Shown one piece after another: positions 1 to 9,719 of a DNA stretch of 25,935 nt. The number at the start of each line of letters is the position of its first letter. Within the stretch, counting starts at the first letter, position 1. This stretch comes from a virus (Duplodnaviria > Heunggongvirae > Uroviricota > Caudoviricetes): the IMG/VR virus record IMGVR_UViG_2636415858_000002, positions 1-25,935 of that record; one strand, 5' to 3'. The notes below the pieces were generated by a model that saw nothing but the letters and a program-made list of their open reading frames with translations, made no database searches and was not told the origin of the DNA. The translations under genes and the position numbers were made by a program.

Positions 1-375
<375 letters not shown>

Positions 376-713
376 CTGATAAAAGCGCCCTGTACTGGTT
401 AGCAATAGCAAATTTACTCCCAGCTGCTCTGATTTCAAGAAAGCTGTACACCTCCCTTATGCCTATATTTTTAACCGGAACACCACCAAAGTATTCACTT
501 ATGATTTTCAACCTCTGGTTGTGTCTTTTCATGGTGTTTGTGCTTAATTGTCTACGCTCTATTTCATTTCTGAAATTTAATATCAGCTCGCAGAATAATG
601 TTACGCTATTACCTTTTATTCTATCCAGTAAGCTTATATGTTGCGTGGATAATAATTCCATATTTGCCGCAATAGCCTCATTAACTGCAATTCTTTTGTC
701 TCTTCCGATTCCA
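376..713 (-). pseudogene. int: lambda-type tyrosine integrase, N-terminal fragment cut at both ends by IS elements
   Basis: Minus-strand translation GIGRDKRIAVNEAIAANMELLS...NSVTLFCELILNFRNEI parallels lambda Int GLGRDRRIAITEAIQANIELFS...NSVTLHSWLDRYEKIL (recalled); bounded by IS1 at 714 and IS911 at 375. Confidence 0.55.
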
Positions 714-728
714 GGTAATGACTCCAAC

Positions 729-1232
729 TTACTGATAGTGTTTTATGTTCAGATAATGCCCGATGACCTTGTCATGCAGCTCCACCGATTTTGAGAACGA
801 CAGTGACTTCCGTCCCAGCCTTGCCAGATGTTGTCTCAGATTCAGATTATGTCGCTCAATGCGCTGAGTGTAACGCTTGCTGATAACGTGCAGCTTTCCC
901 TTCAGGCGTGATTCATACAGCGGCCAGCCATCCGTCATCCATACCACGACCTCAAAGGCCGACAGCAGGCTCAGAAGACGCTCCAGTGTGGCCAGAGTGC
1001 GTTCACCGAAGACGTGCGCCACAACCGTCCTCCGTATCCTGTCATACGCGTAAAACAGCCAGCGCTGACGTGATTTAGCACCGACGTAGCCCCACTGTTC
1101 GTCCATTTCAGCGCAGACAATCACATCACTGCCCGGTTGTATGCGCGAGGTTACCGACTGCGGCCTGAGTTTTTTAAGTGACGTAAAACCGTGTTGAGGC
1201 CAACGCCCATAATGCGTGCACTGGCGCGACAT
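729..1232 (-). CDS. insB: IS1 InsB frame (normally expressed as InsAB fusion by -1 frameshift)
   Basis: 167-aa ORF overlapping insA end in the -1 frame, typical IS1 organisation. Confidence 0.85.
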   Translation of the reverse strand: MSRQCTHYGRWPQHGFTSLKKLRPQSVTSRIQPGSDVIVCAEMDEQWGYVGAKSRQRWLFYAYDRIRRTVVAHVFGERTLATLERLLSLLSAFEVVVWMTDGWPLYESRLKGKLHVISKRYTQRIERHNLNLRQHLARLGRKSLSFSKSVELHDKVIGHYLNIKHYQ

Positions 1233-1426
1233 CCGACGCCATTCATGGCCATATCAATGATTTTCTGGTGCGTACCGGGCTGAGAGGCGGTGTAAGTGAA
1301 CTGTAGTTGCCATGTTTTACGGCAATGAGAGCAGAGATAGCGCTGATGTCCGGCAGTGCTTTTGCCGTTACGCACCACGCCTTCAGTAGCGGAGCAGGAA
1401 GGACATCTGATGGAAATGGAAGCCAC
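1151..1426 (-). CDS. insA: IS1 InsA
   Basis: 91-aa [45 protein letters not shown]..., zinc-finger/HTH protein of IS1. Confidence 0.9.
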   Translation of the reverse strand: MASISIRCPSCSATEGVVRNGKSTAGHQRYLCSHCRKTWQLQFTYTASQPGTHQKIIDMAMNGVGCRASARIMGVGLNTVLRHLKNSGRSR

Positions 1427-1778
1427 GCAAGCACCTTAAAATCACCATCATACACTAAATCAGTAAGTTGGCAGCATTACCCCATTGCTGGCATAAATTC
1501 AGTTTCGAATATTCAGTTAATTAAAGTTCGTGTGCCATCTTGTCTTTTTCGGCACAAGCTGCACCGCAATATTTTCGTTTCTTTCTGGCAATCATGTTTC
1601 CATGCATATAAATAAGCTCGCCAGTAAAAGCTTTTTCAGGTAAAAACTGTTTATTGCAGAGATGGTAATCACATTGTATTAAATCCGGGTCACCTTTTTG
1701 CTGGAGAATTTTTCTGATTCTCCACAGCCATTTTTTAATCCCGGTATGACTGATGGTCTGCCTGAGGTGGTTCTTTTT

Positions 1779-2597
1779 TTAAGCAGCCATCTGATGATAT
1801 TTTTCCCTGAAGGCTGCCGGGGAGATATTCCCCAGACGAGAGTGACGACGCTGACGATTGTAGAAAATCTCAATGTATTCCCGTATTACTGAGATGGCTT
1901 CATCCCGGTTATTAAAATGATAGTGGCTCAGGCTCTCATTTTTCAGCGTTCCCCAGAAGCTTTCCATCGGAGCGTTGTCGTAACAGTGACCTTTACGCGA
2001 CATTGATGTTTTCAGACCAGACTGCTCCTGTATGACCCGGTAATCGTATGCGCAGTACTGTGAACCTCGATCAGAGTGGTGGATTAGCCCGGCAGGTGGG
2101 CGCTGGCTCCTGAGCGCCATAAACAGGGCTTTACCTGTCAGCTCTTTTGTCATGCGCTCTCCCATGGCGTAGCCGACAATTTCGCACGTATAAACATCTT
2201 TGATGCCAGCGAGGTACAACCATCCCTCCTGTGTGGCAACATACGTCAGGTCCGCCACCCAGACCTGATTTGGTGCTGTAGGAGCGAACGTCTGGTTCAG
2301 CAGATTTGGCGCAACTGGCAGATTGTGGTTCGGGTTCGTAGTCGCTCTGAACTTGCGTTTCTGCTTACAGCGTAGCCTTAGCTCCTTACGAAGACGTGCC
2401 AGTCGGTCACGACCAACGATGATGCCATTCTCTGCCAGCTCCGTCTGGAGCCGCCGGGTTCCATATGTTTCGCGAGTGCGGATATGTGCCACCTTAATCT
2501 CCAGTTTTAGCCGCTCATCACTTTGTTTTCTGTCTGAGGGTTCATGCTGTACCCAGTTGTAATAACCGCTCCTGGATACACCAAATACCTGACACAT
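1779..2597 (-). CDS. IS600 OrfB transposase catalytic frame (DDE)
   Basis: 272-aa ORF MCQVFGVSRSGYYNW...; one substitution (SHYHF vs SHYRF) relative to the other three copies. Confidence 0.85.
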   Translation of the reverse strand: MCQVFGVSRSGYYNWVQHEPSDRKQSDERLKLEIKVAHIRTRETYGTRRLQTELAENGIIVGRDRLARLRKELRLRCKQKRKFRATTNPNHNLPVAPNLLNQTFAPTAPNQVWVADLTYVATQEGWLYLAGIKDVYTCEIVGYAMGERMTKELTGKALFMALRSQRPPAGLIHHSDRGSQYCAYDYRVIQEQSGLKTSMSRKGHCYDNAPMESFWGTLKNESLSHYHFNNRDEAISVIREYIEIFYNRQRRHSRLGNISPAAFREKYHQMAA

Positions 2598-2646
2598 CGC
2601 TTCAATGGGAAATTGTTGTCGCCATTGTTCGATTAACGCGTATTTT

Positions 2647-2934
2647 TCAGCGACTCCTGTGCAAAATACGCTGTTGCTTTTTTAATATATCTCGCTCAAG
2701 GCGAGCTTCATTTAACGCCTTACGCAGTTGCAGAATTTCAGATTCCAGTTCAGCCACCGTGCGGGAACCAGGAGTACCGAGCCCTTTTCTGGCGGCGGTA
2801 ACCCATTGTCCTAAAGTGCCTTCAGGAAGGGATAATCGGGAAGCGCCTTCACTGATCGAAAGTTGATTTTCAAGAACCGTTCTGACAGCTTCGGCTTTGA
2901 ACTCTTTAGAGTAACGTTGGTTTTTTCTGCTCAT
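2647..2934 (-). CDS. IS600 OrfA, 95-aa variant (ends KKQQRILHRSR)
   Basis: ORF-track protein; differs from the 100-aa form only after the poly-A run. Confidence 0.8.
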   Translation of the reverse strand: MSRKNQRYSKEFKAEAVRTVLENQLSISEGASRLSLPEGTLGQWVTAARKGLGTPGSRTVAELESEILQLRKALNEARLERDILKKQQRILHRSR

Positions 2935-2998
2935 TATTAGCTCCTTCTGATGCCATTCTATTTCAGGAAGGAGTGTCCGTTAAACTCAGGCTACCTCA

Positions 2999-3187
2999 AT
3001 CTTCTCTTATTTTGAAATACAGATTCGTCAGATAAGTCAGAAGCCCCAGAAGCAGACTTCCCAGCACACCAATCGCAGCCCACTGTGATGGACTGACCTG
3101 ATCCAACCACTGCAAAAACCAGTAGCCGGCACTGCCGGCGGAGGTGCCGTAGGCAATGCCCGTTGAAATTTTGTCCATGGATTTCAT
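2999..3187 (-). pseudogene. phage-21-type class II holin (S21/EssD-like), truncated at C-terminus by IS600
   Basis: [63 protein letters not shown]; dual-start M-K-S-M motif; GGAGGTGA RBS; stop codon supplied by the IS600 terminus at 2996..2998. Confidence 0.75.
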
Positions 3188-3348
3188 AGCCTCACCTCCG
3201 CAAATAACGGATGGCGTAGTTTTACACTGAGAAATGAAAGGGATTTGAAAAGAAAAAAACGCAAAAGCGGGCGAAACGATATATACAGTAAGGAAAGCAC
3301 TCTATCCAACAAACCACCCACAGTTAATCGGAATAAAAGCAGAGTGCT

Positions 3349-3420
3349 TATGAATGATCGCACGCCCGAAGGTTAGTATTTCTGCACAGCAATTTTGCAA
3401 AAAAAGGCGATCATTCATAA
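3349..3420. repeat. 14-bp perfect inverted repeat (ttatgaatgatcgc / gcgatcattcataa) with 44-bp spacer
   Basis: Read directly; lies between tRNA-Gly and the holin start. Confidence 0.6.
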
Positions 3421-3479
3421 CTTAAACGTCTTTCAGTCACTCCGGGATTTCCCATCATCGCAGACTGAAAGACTCTGAC

Positions 3480-3554
<75 letters not shown>

Positions 3555-3557
3555 ATA

Positions 3558-3633
<76 letters not shown>

Positions 3634-3635
3634 GC

Positions 3636-3712
3636 TGGCCCACCACCGAGGACTCGAACCTCGCACCGTCAACTTAGAAGGTTGATGCTCTATCCGGATG
3701 AGCTAGTGGTGG
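3636..3712 (-). tRNA. tRNA-Arg (anticodon UCU), atypical C1-G72 acceptor end; phage-type
   Basis: CCACCACTAGCTCATCCGGATAGAGCATCAACCTTCTAAGTTGACGGTGCGAGGTTCGAGTCCTCGGTGGTGGGCCA; anticodon loop CTTCTAA, T-loop TTCGAGT; manual fold only. Confidence 0.55.
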
Positions 3713-3716
3713 TTGG

Positions 3717-3790
3717 TGGCCCTTGCTGGACTTGAACCAGCGACCTGGCGATTATGAGTCGCTCGCTCTGACCAACTGAGCTAAAGGGCC
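3717..3790 (-). tRNA. tRNA with CAU anticodon (Ile2/lysidine-type, ileX-like; elongator Met not excluded)
   Basis: GGCCCTTTAGCTCAGTTGGTCAGAGCGAGCGACTCATAATCGCCAGGTCGCTGGTTCAAGTCCAGCAAGGGCCACCA; resembles E. coli ileX as recalled. Confidence 0.65.
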
Positions 3791-3799
3791 GGAGGCAGA

Positions 3800-3828
3800 A
3801 TAATAACCATATGTCATCACATCTGCAA
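3800..3828 (-). promoter_or_regulatory. sigma70-like promoter candidate for the tRNA cluster (-35 TTGCAG, 17-bp spacer, -10 TATTAT)
   Basis: Motifs read on the minus strand; -10 ends about 9 nt upstream of the first tRNA 5' end. Confidence 0.3.
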
Positions 3829-3877
3829 ACTCATCTGACCACCAGCACGTTTAACGTCCTGTGCCGTTTTTCAGGTA

Positions 3878-3900
3878 TAAAAAAACCCGCATAAAGCGGG
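3878..3900 (-). terminator. intrinsic terminator candidate (stem cccgc/gcggg followed by 7 U on minus strand)
   Basis: Plus strand aaaaaaacccgcataaagcggg; short GC stem with U-tract on the minus strand. Confidence 0.4.
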
Positions 3901-4320
3901 CTCTTTCAAATGTCCATGTGAAGTGGTCAACAAAAACTGGCCACCGAGTTAGAGTTTTTCCAGTATCGATTTTCCGATTCGTTTGGGGGTAACCCACCGT
4001 TATATTCGTGCGGTCTTAGTGCGCTGTAATATCCAACGATATAGTCCGTTATGGCGTGAGCTGCCTCGCTGGGTAATGCTGCCAACTTACTGATTTAGTG
4101 TATGATGGTGATTTTAAGGTGCTTGCGTGGCTTCCATTTCCATCAGATGTCCTTCCTGCTCCGCTACTGAAGGCGTGGTGCGTAACGGCAAAAGCACTGC
4201 CGGACATCAGCGCTATCTCTGCTCTCATTGCCGTAAAACATGGCAACTACAGTTCACTTACACTGCCTCTCAGCCCGGTACGCACCAGAAAATCATTGAT
4301 ATGGCCATGAATGGCGTCGG

Positions 4321-5872
<1,552 letters not shown>

Positions 5873-6017
5873 TGGAGCACCTGTGTTGTTCTGAGGTGAG
5901 CATATCACCTCTGTTCAGGTGGCCAAATTCAGTGTGCCACTTCAGGTGCCGAACCTTCCTCCGGATATAATCTGTGATTCCCCAATCAACAGAACCAGAG
6001 GAGGTTCGGCATAAACA

Positions 6018-6440
6018 TCAATGCACAACGACAGAATCGTCGGACGACCCACCACCGCTGAAATGTGCTTTCCGGTAAACGGCCTGAACTGCGTCATCAT
6101 GCGCATCAATTGCCGTACTCAACGCTTCCTGCGCCGCCAGTAATGCACGGCGTTCCAGGGTATCGAAGATACAGAGTCGGTGACGCAGCTCACGCGGAAG
6201 AATTGCCAGAACCGCAGGGATCAGTTTCTGAATTTTCTCCCTTTGCGCTTTCGTTTCACCTTTCAACCAACGGTGATAGATATTCTGCTGATTGTTCCAG
6301 TCCTTGCCTGGTACCAGAGGCAATTCGCCGCCCCCCTGCCGCAGATATTCTTCAGTAATTGCGTTAGCGACCCACGCCTGCCCTTTTTCGGCTGCCAGGG
6401 CTAACAGCACTGATTCGATGTGCTCATGCCTGATTTTCAT
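6018..6440 (-). CDS. ydaT: ydaT-like prophage protein (Rac-type CII-like/toxin-like)
   Basis: 140-aa ORF MKIRHEHIESVLLALAAEKGQAW...; resembles YdaT as recalled (MKIKHEHI... start); overlaps the upstream cro-like gene by 17 nt. Confidence 0.55.
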   Translation of the reverse strand: MKIRHEHIESVLLALAAEKGQAWVANAITEEYLRQGGGELPLVPGKDWNNQQNIYHRWLKGETKAQREKIQKLIPAVLAILPRELRHRLCIFDTLERRALLAAQEALSTAIDAHDDAVQAVYRKAHFSGGGSSDDSVVVH

Positions 6441-6651
6441 GAATCACCTTCCCAGGTCGTTTTGCCTTACGATATTCGTCATAAACTTTGGGGTCGTACT
6501 GAAGTTCCCCGCCAGATGCCTCTTGCAGGCGCATCGCGCGGCCTTCAGGAACCAGTTCCCCCCATGCAGCAATGCTTGCCAGCCTAACTCCTGCGGCATT
6601 GGCAAGCTTTGTTTTGCTGCCAAAAAACGCTATAGCATCAATTTTCAACAT
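6424..6651 (-). CDS. Cro/YdaS-like small HTH regulator
   Basis: 75-aa ORF with HTH-like region KTKLANAAGVRLASIAAWG; AGGAG RBS 6 nt upstream; divergent from the repressor gene. Confidence 0.6.
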   Translation of the reverse strand: MLKIDAIAFFGSKTKLANAAGVRLASIAAWGELVPEGRAMRLQEASGGELQYDPKVYDEYRKAKRPGKVIHENQA

Positions 6652-6658
6652 ATCGAGC

Positions 6659-6678
6659 TCCTTAGATTTTCCTAAGGA
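6659..6678. promoter_or_regulatory. operator-like palindrome tccttag-N6-ctaagga between divergent cro-like and repressor genes
   Basis: Perfect 7-bp inverted arms read directly; sits between the cro-like start (6651) and repressor start (6728). Confidence 0.4.
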
Positions 6679-6727
6679 AACTAGATCGTAGAGAAACCTA
6701 AGTCAAGAAAGATTAGAATTCCCTAAT

Positions 6728-7135
6728 ATGAAAAACGAAACCTTCGGTGCTCGCCTCTTACATAGGCGTAAAAAATTAAAACTGTCTCAGGCCGCATTAG
6801 GTAAGCTGGTCAAAGTGGCTCACGTAACAATTTCTCAATGGGAAAGAGATGAAACACAGCCGGCGGGGAAAAGATTATTCGCACTGAGCCAAGCGCTTCA
6901 GTGCTCACCGACTTGGCTTCTTTTTGGGGATGAAGATAAACAACCAGGCGAACCGATCCCGGATAATCAGCCAGCCATTCTGACAGAAGATCAAAAAGAG
7001 TTACTTCAACTGTTCGACGCACTGCCTGAGTCAGAGCAAAAGGCCCTGTTGTCAGAGATGCGTGCTCGAGTTGAAAATTTCAACAAACTTTTTGAAGAAC
7101 TACTCAAAACTCGCAAAAGAAGCGCAAACAAATAA
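6728..7135 (+). CDS. CI-like prophage repressor (XRE-family HTH N-domain with C-terminal extension)
   Basis: 135-aa ORF; HTH segment LKLSQAALGKLVKVAHVTISQWERDE; no obvious SD, possibly leaderless like lambda cI. Confidence 0.65.
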   Translation: MKNETFGARLLHRRKKLKLSQAALGKLVKVAHVTISQWERDETQPAGKRLFALSQALQCSPTWLLFGDEDKQPGEPIPDNQPAILTEDQKELLQLFDALPESEQKALLSEMRARVENFNKLFEELLKTRKRSANK

Positions 7136-7337
7136 TCCCCTTTTTTCTCCACACCCTGTAATAAAAAGCACAAACTTTCAAACACTTGTGTTTTTTACAT
7201 CAAAAAAACTTAGGTTTTTATACATAAAATCTTGACTCCACGTCTTAGGTTATTCTAAATTTCATTCATCAAGACACCGCACGGTGTTCTCAGCAAACAG
7301 TTCCACTACCCCGGCGTTAAGGGGAAATGAGGTCAGC

Positions 7338-7490
7338 ATGGATACTATCGATCTTGGCAACAACGAATCCCTAGTGTGTGGCGTGTTTCCCAATCAGGAC
7401 GGCACATTCACCGCCATGACGTATACCAAAAGCAAAACGTTTAAAACCGAAGCTGGCGCACGTCGCTGGCTTGCCAAAAATACCAGCTAA
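7338..7490 (+). CDS. ydfA: small prophage protein, YdfA-like (DUF1391-type)
   Basis: MDTIDLGNNESLVCGVFPNQDGTFTAMTYTKSKTFKTEAGARRWLAKNTS with GAGG RBS; start taken at internal Met of the 68-aa track ORF. Confidence 0.55.
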   Translation: MDTIDLGNNESLVCGVFPNQDGTFTAMTYTKSKTFKTEAGARRWLAKNTS

Positions 7491-7577
7491 TCCATTTATT
7501 GGATTAATTCAATATTCTCGCTGTAGAGGTATAGTGAGGTGTACTGGCAATAGCGGACACTACCATTTGTTCTTTTT

Positions 7578-8396
7578 TTAAGCAGCCATCTGATGATATT
7601 TTTCCCTGAAGGCTGCCGGGGAGATATTCCCCAGACGAGAGTGACGACGCTGACGATTGTAGAAAATCTCAATGTATTCCCGTATTACTGAGATGGCTTC
7701 ATCCCGGTTATTAAAACGATAGTGGCTCAGGCTCTCATTTTTCAGCGTTCCCCAGAAGCTTTCCATCGGAGCGTTGTCGTAACAGTGACCTTTACGCGAC
7801 ATTGATGTTTTCAGACCAGACTGCTCCTGTATGACCCGGTAATCGTATGCGCAGTACTGTGAACCTCGATCAGAGTGGTGGATTAGCCCGGCAGGTGGGC
7901 GCTGGCTCCTGAGCGCCATAAACAGGGCTTTACCTGTCAGCTCTTTTGTCATGCGCTCTCCCATGGCGTAGCCGACAATTTCGCACGTATAAACATCTTT
8001 GATGCCAGCGAGGTACAACCATCCCTCCTGTGTGGCAACATACGTCAGGTCCGCCACCCAGACCTGATTTGGTGCTGTAGGAGCGAACGTCTGGTTCAGC
8101 AGATTTGGCGCAACTGGCAGATTGTGGTTCGGGTTCGTAGTCGCTCTGAACTTGCGTTTCTGCTTACAGCGTAGCCTTAGCTCCTTACGAAGACGTGCCA
8201 GTCGGTCACGACCAACGATGATGCCATTCTCTGCCAGCTCCGTCTGGAGCCGCCGGGTTCCATATGTTTCGCGAGTGCGGATATGTGCCACCTTAATCTC
8301 CAGTTTTAGCCGCTCATCACTTTGTTTTCTGTCTGAGGGTTCATGCTGTACCCAGTTGTAATAACCGCTCCTGGATACACCAAATACCTGACACAT
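7578..8396 (-). CDS. IS600 OrfB
   Basis: 272-aa DDE transposase frame. Confidence 0.9.
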   Translation of the reverse strand: MCQVFGVSRSGYYNWVQHEPSDRKQSDERLKLEIKVAHIRTRETYGTRRLQTELAENGIIVGRDRLARLRKELRLRCKQKRKFRATTNPNHNLPVAPNLLNQTFAPTAPNQVWVADLTYVATQEGWLYLAGIKDVYTCEIVGYAMGERMTKELTGKALFMALRSQRPPAGLIHHSDRGSQYCAYDYRVIQEQSGLKTSMSRKGHCYDNAPMESFWGTLKNESLSHYRFNNRDEAISVIREYIEIFYNRQRRHSRLGNISPAAFREKYHQMAA

Positions 8397-8431
8397 CGCT
8401 TCAATGGGAAATTGTTGTCGCCATTGTTCGA

Positions 8432-8734
8432 TTAACGCGTATTTTTCAGCGACTCCTGTGCAAAATACGCTGTTGCTTTTTTTAATATATCTCGCTCAAG
8501 GCGAGCTTCATTTAACGCCTTACGCAGTTGCAGAATTTCAGATTCCAGTTCAGCCACCGTGCGGGAACCAGGAGTACCGAGCCCTTTTCTGGCGGCGGTA
8601 ACCCATTGTCCTAAAGTGCCTTCAGGAAGGGATAATCGGGAAGCGCCTTCACTGATCGAAAGTTGATTTTCAAGAACCGTTCTGACAGCTTCGGCTTTGA
8701 ACTCTTTAGAGTAACGTTGGTTTTTTCTGCTCAT
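8432..8734 (-). CDS. IS600 OrfA (100 aa)
   Basis: MSRKNQRYSKEFKAEAVRTVLENQLSISEGASRLSLPEGTLGQW...KKATAYFAQESLKNTR. Confidence 0.9.
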   Translation of the reverse strand: MSRKNQRYSKEFKAEAVRTVLENQLSISEGASRLSLPEGTLGQWVTAARKGLGTPGSRTVAELESEILQLRKALNEARLERDILKKATAYFAQESLKNTR

Positions 8735-8857
8735 TATTAGCTCCTTCTGATGCCATTCTATTTCAGGAAGGAGTGTCCGTTAAACTCAGGCTACCTCAGC
8801 CTGAGGGCAGGTGTAAAACAATAATCAAGCATGGGGTTCATATCCATAGCTCCATTT

Positions 8858-9403
8858 TTATTTTAAGGAAAGCAACTGCTCTACGGTCATGTTTTTAATT
8901 GCGCCCCGGTTTACAAGAGTCCAGCCCTGTTTTTCCAGATAAAACCGGAAAGTCTCCAGGGTACAGACCAGTGCGCCATCAGGAACGGTTTCGGTGAATT
9001 CGACATTGCCGAATTTGTCGAAGTGAACAACCAGAGTGCGACCATCACCCGGAATCATCTTGTCAGCAGGTGGGGTGTTATTCTGGCGCAGTTCGGCCTC
9101 CATGCGGTCGAACTCAGCAATGTAGGCTTCCTTGAATGTGGCGGCTTTTTTGCCCGTGAAGCCCATCACCAGGAAAACGAAGCCGTTTTTGGTGATTTGG
9201 TAGGCGTTATAAGAATTGCCGCGGTGTTCGAATTTAACCCGCGAAAAGTTGCTGGTTAAAAATAGTTCAGAACATTCGAAGGATTCTATTTTTTGAACAA
9301 CATGGTGATGCTGCTTGCCAAAAAACTCAGCAATCGAAATAGAAGTAGTGACGGCGCGACCATTTTCGATGGTTACGTCAGGGTGAGAAAGGGTAGTAGC
9401 CAT
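8858..9403 (-). CDS. rha: Rha-family phage regulatory protein
   Basis: Start MATTLSHPDVTIENGRAVTTSISIAEFFGKQHHHVVQKIESF... with GAGGA RBS; the longer track ORF (to 9697) is an in-frame non-coding extension. Confidence 0.7.
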   Translation of the reverse strand: MATTLSHPDVTIENGRAVTTSISIAEFFGKQHHHVVQKIESFECSELFLTSNFSRVKFEHRGNSYNAYQITKNGFVFLVMGFTGKKAATFKEAYIAEFDRMEAELRQNNTPPADKMIPGDGRTLVVHFDKFGNVEFTETVPDGALVCTLETFRFYLEKQGWTLVNRGAIKNMTVEQLLSLK

Positions 9404-9567
9404 AATGACATCCTCAAGTGATAAGTTAATTAACTCACCAGCAGAGGTGCTAATCTCATGGGTGGTGAGACGCACAGGGTTAGCACTACCGGTCACTCGA
9501 GAACCCGGCCAGCCTTGCGGCTGCCCCGCACGCCTCACCATAATTTGAATGTGGCTGTGCATTACGC

Positions 9568-9592
9568 ATAAAAAAACCGCTTCAGCGCGGTT
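9568..9592 (-). terminator. intrinsic terminator candidate (stem aaccgc/gcggtt, loop 6 nt, 7 U on minus strand)
   Basis: Plus strand ataaaaaaaccgcttcagcgcggtt. Confidence 0.45.
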
Positions 9593-9719
9593 ATGCGCTC
9601 GAGTAACTTTCGGGGTGCTAATCCCGGCACCCGTTTTATGAGGTGCAGGTGCACTATAATTCCACCCGTTCTGGTTTTCAATAGCTACATTCAACATTTT
9701 CTCTTTCCTTTCATCACCG

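Larger units (their letters stand above)
714..1481 (-). mobile_element. IS1, 768 bp, no target-site duplication
   Basis: Ends ggtaatgactccaacttactgat (714..) and atcagtaagttggcagcattacc (..1481); insA and insB ORFs; 9-bp flanks ccgattcca and ccattgctg differ. Confidence 0.9.
1763..2998 (-). mobile_element. IS600 (IS3 family) copy 1, variant with 27-bp internal deletion near IRR and A6 frameshift run
   Basis: IRL rc ccgttaaactcaggctacctca ends at 2998; right end keeps only tgaggtg before gttcttttttt; orfA and orfB present. Confidence 0.8.
7535..8798 (-). mobile_element. IS600 copy 2, 1264 bp, A7 form, no target-site duplication
   Basis: Ends tgaggtgtactggcaatagcgg (7535..) and ccgttaaactcaggctacctca (..8798); flanks tag and gcc. 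Confidence 0.9.

Noticed and set aside
1243-1615. ORFs 1243..1455 and 1307..1615 (and their twins at 4049..4310)
   Set aside because: They lie antisense or out of frame within IS1 and recur in both IS1 copies; shadow ORFs of insA/insB.
2323-2562. 79-aa ORF antisense to IS600 orfB, repeated at 8122, 10515 and 21521
   Set aside because: It is present in every IS600 copy only because the element is repeated; Arg/Ser-rich with no start signals.
5948-6011. Imperfect inverted repeat (gccgaaccttcctcc ... ggaggaggttcggc) between IS911 and the ydaT-like stop
   Set aside because: Arms are imperfect with an indel and no U-tract follows; possibly a weak terminator but not supportable.
8858-9697. Long 279-aa form of the Rha ORF
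   Set aside because: The extra 97 N-terminal codons run through a terminator hairpin (9568..9592); a good RBS precedes the internal Met at 9403 where the Rha-like sequence begins.
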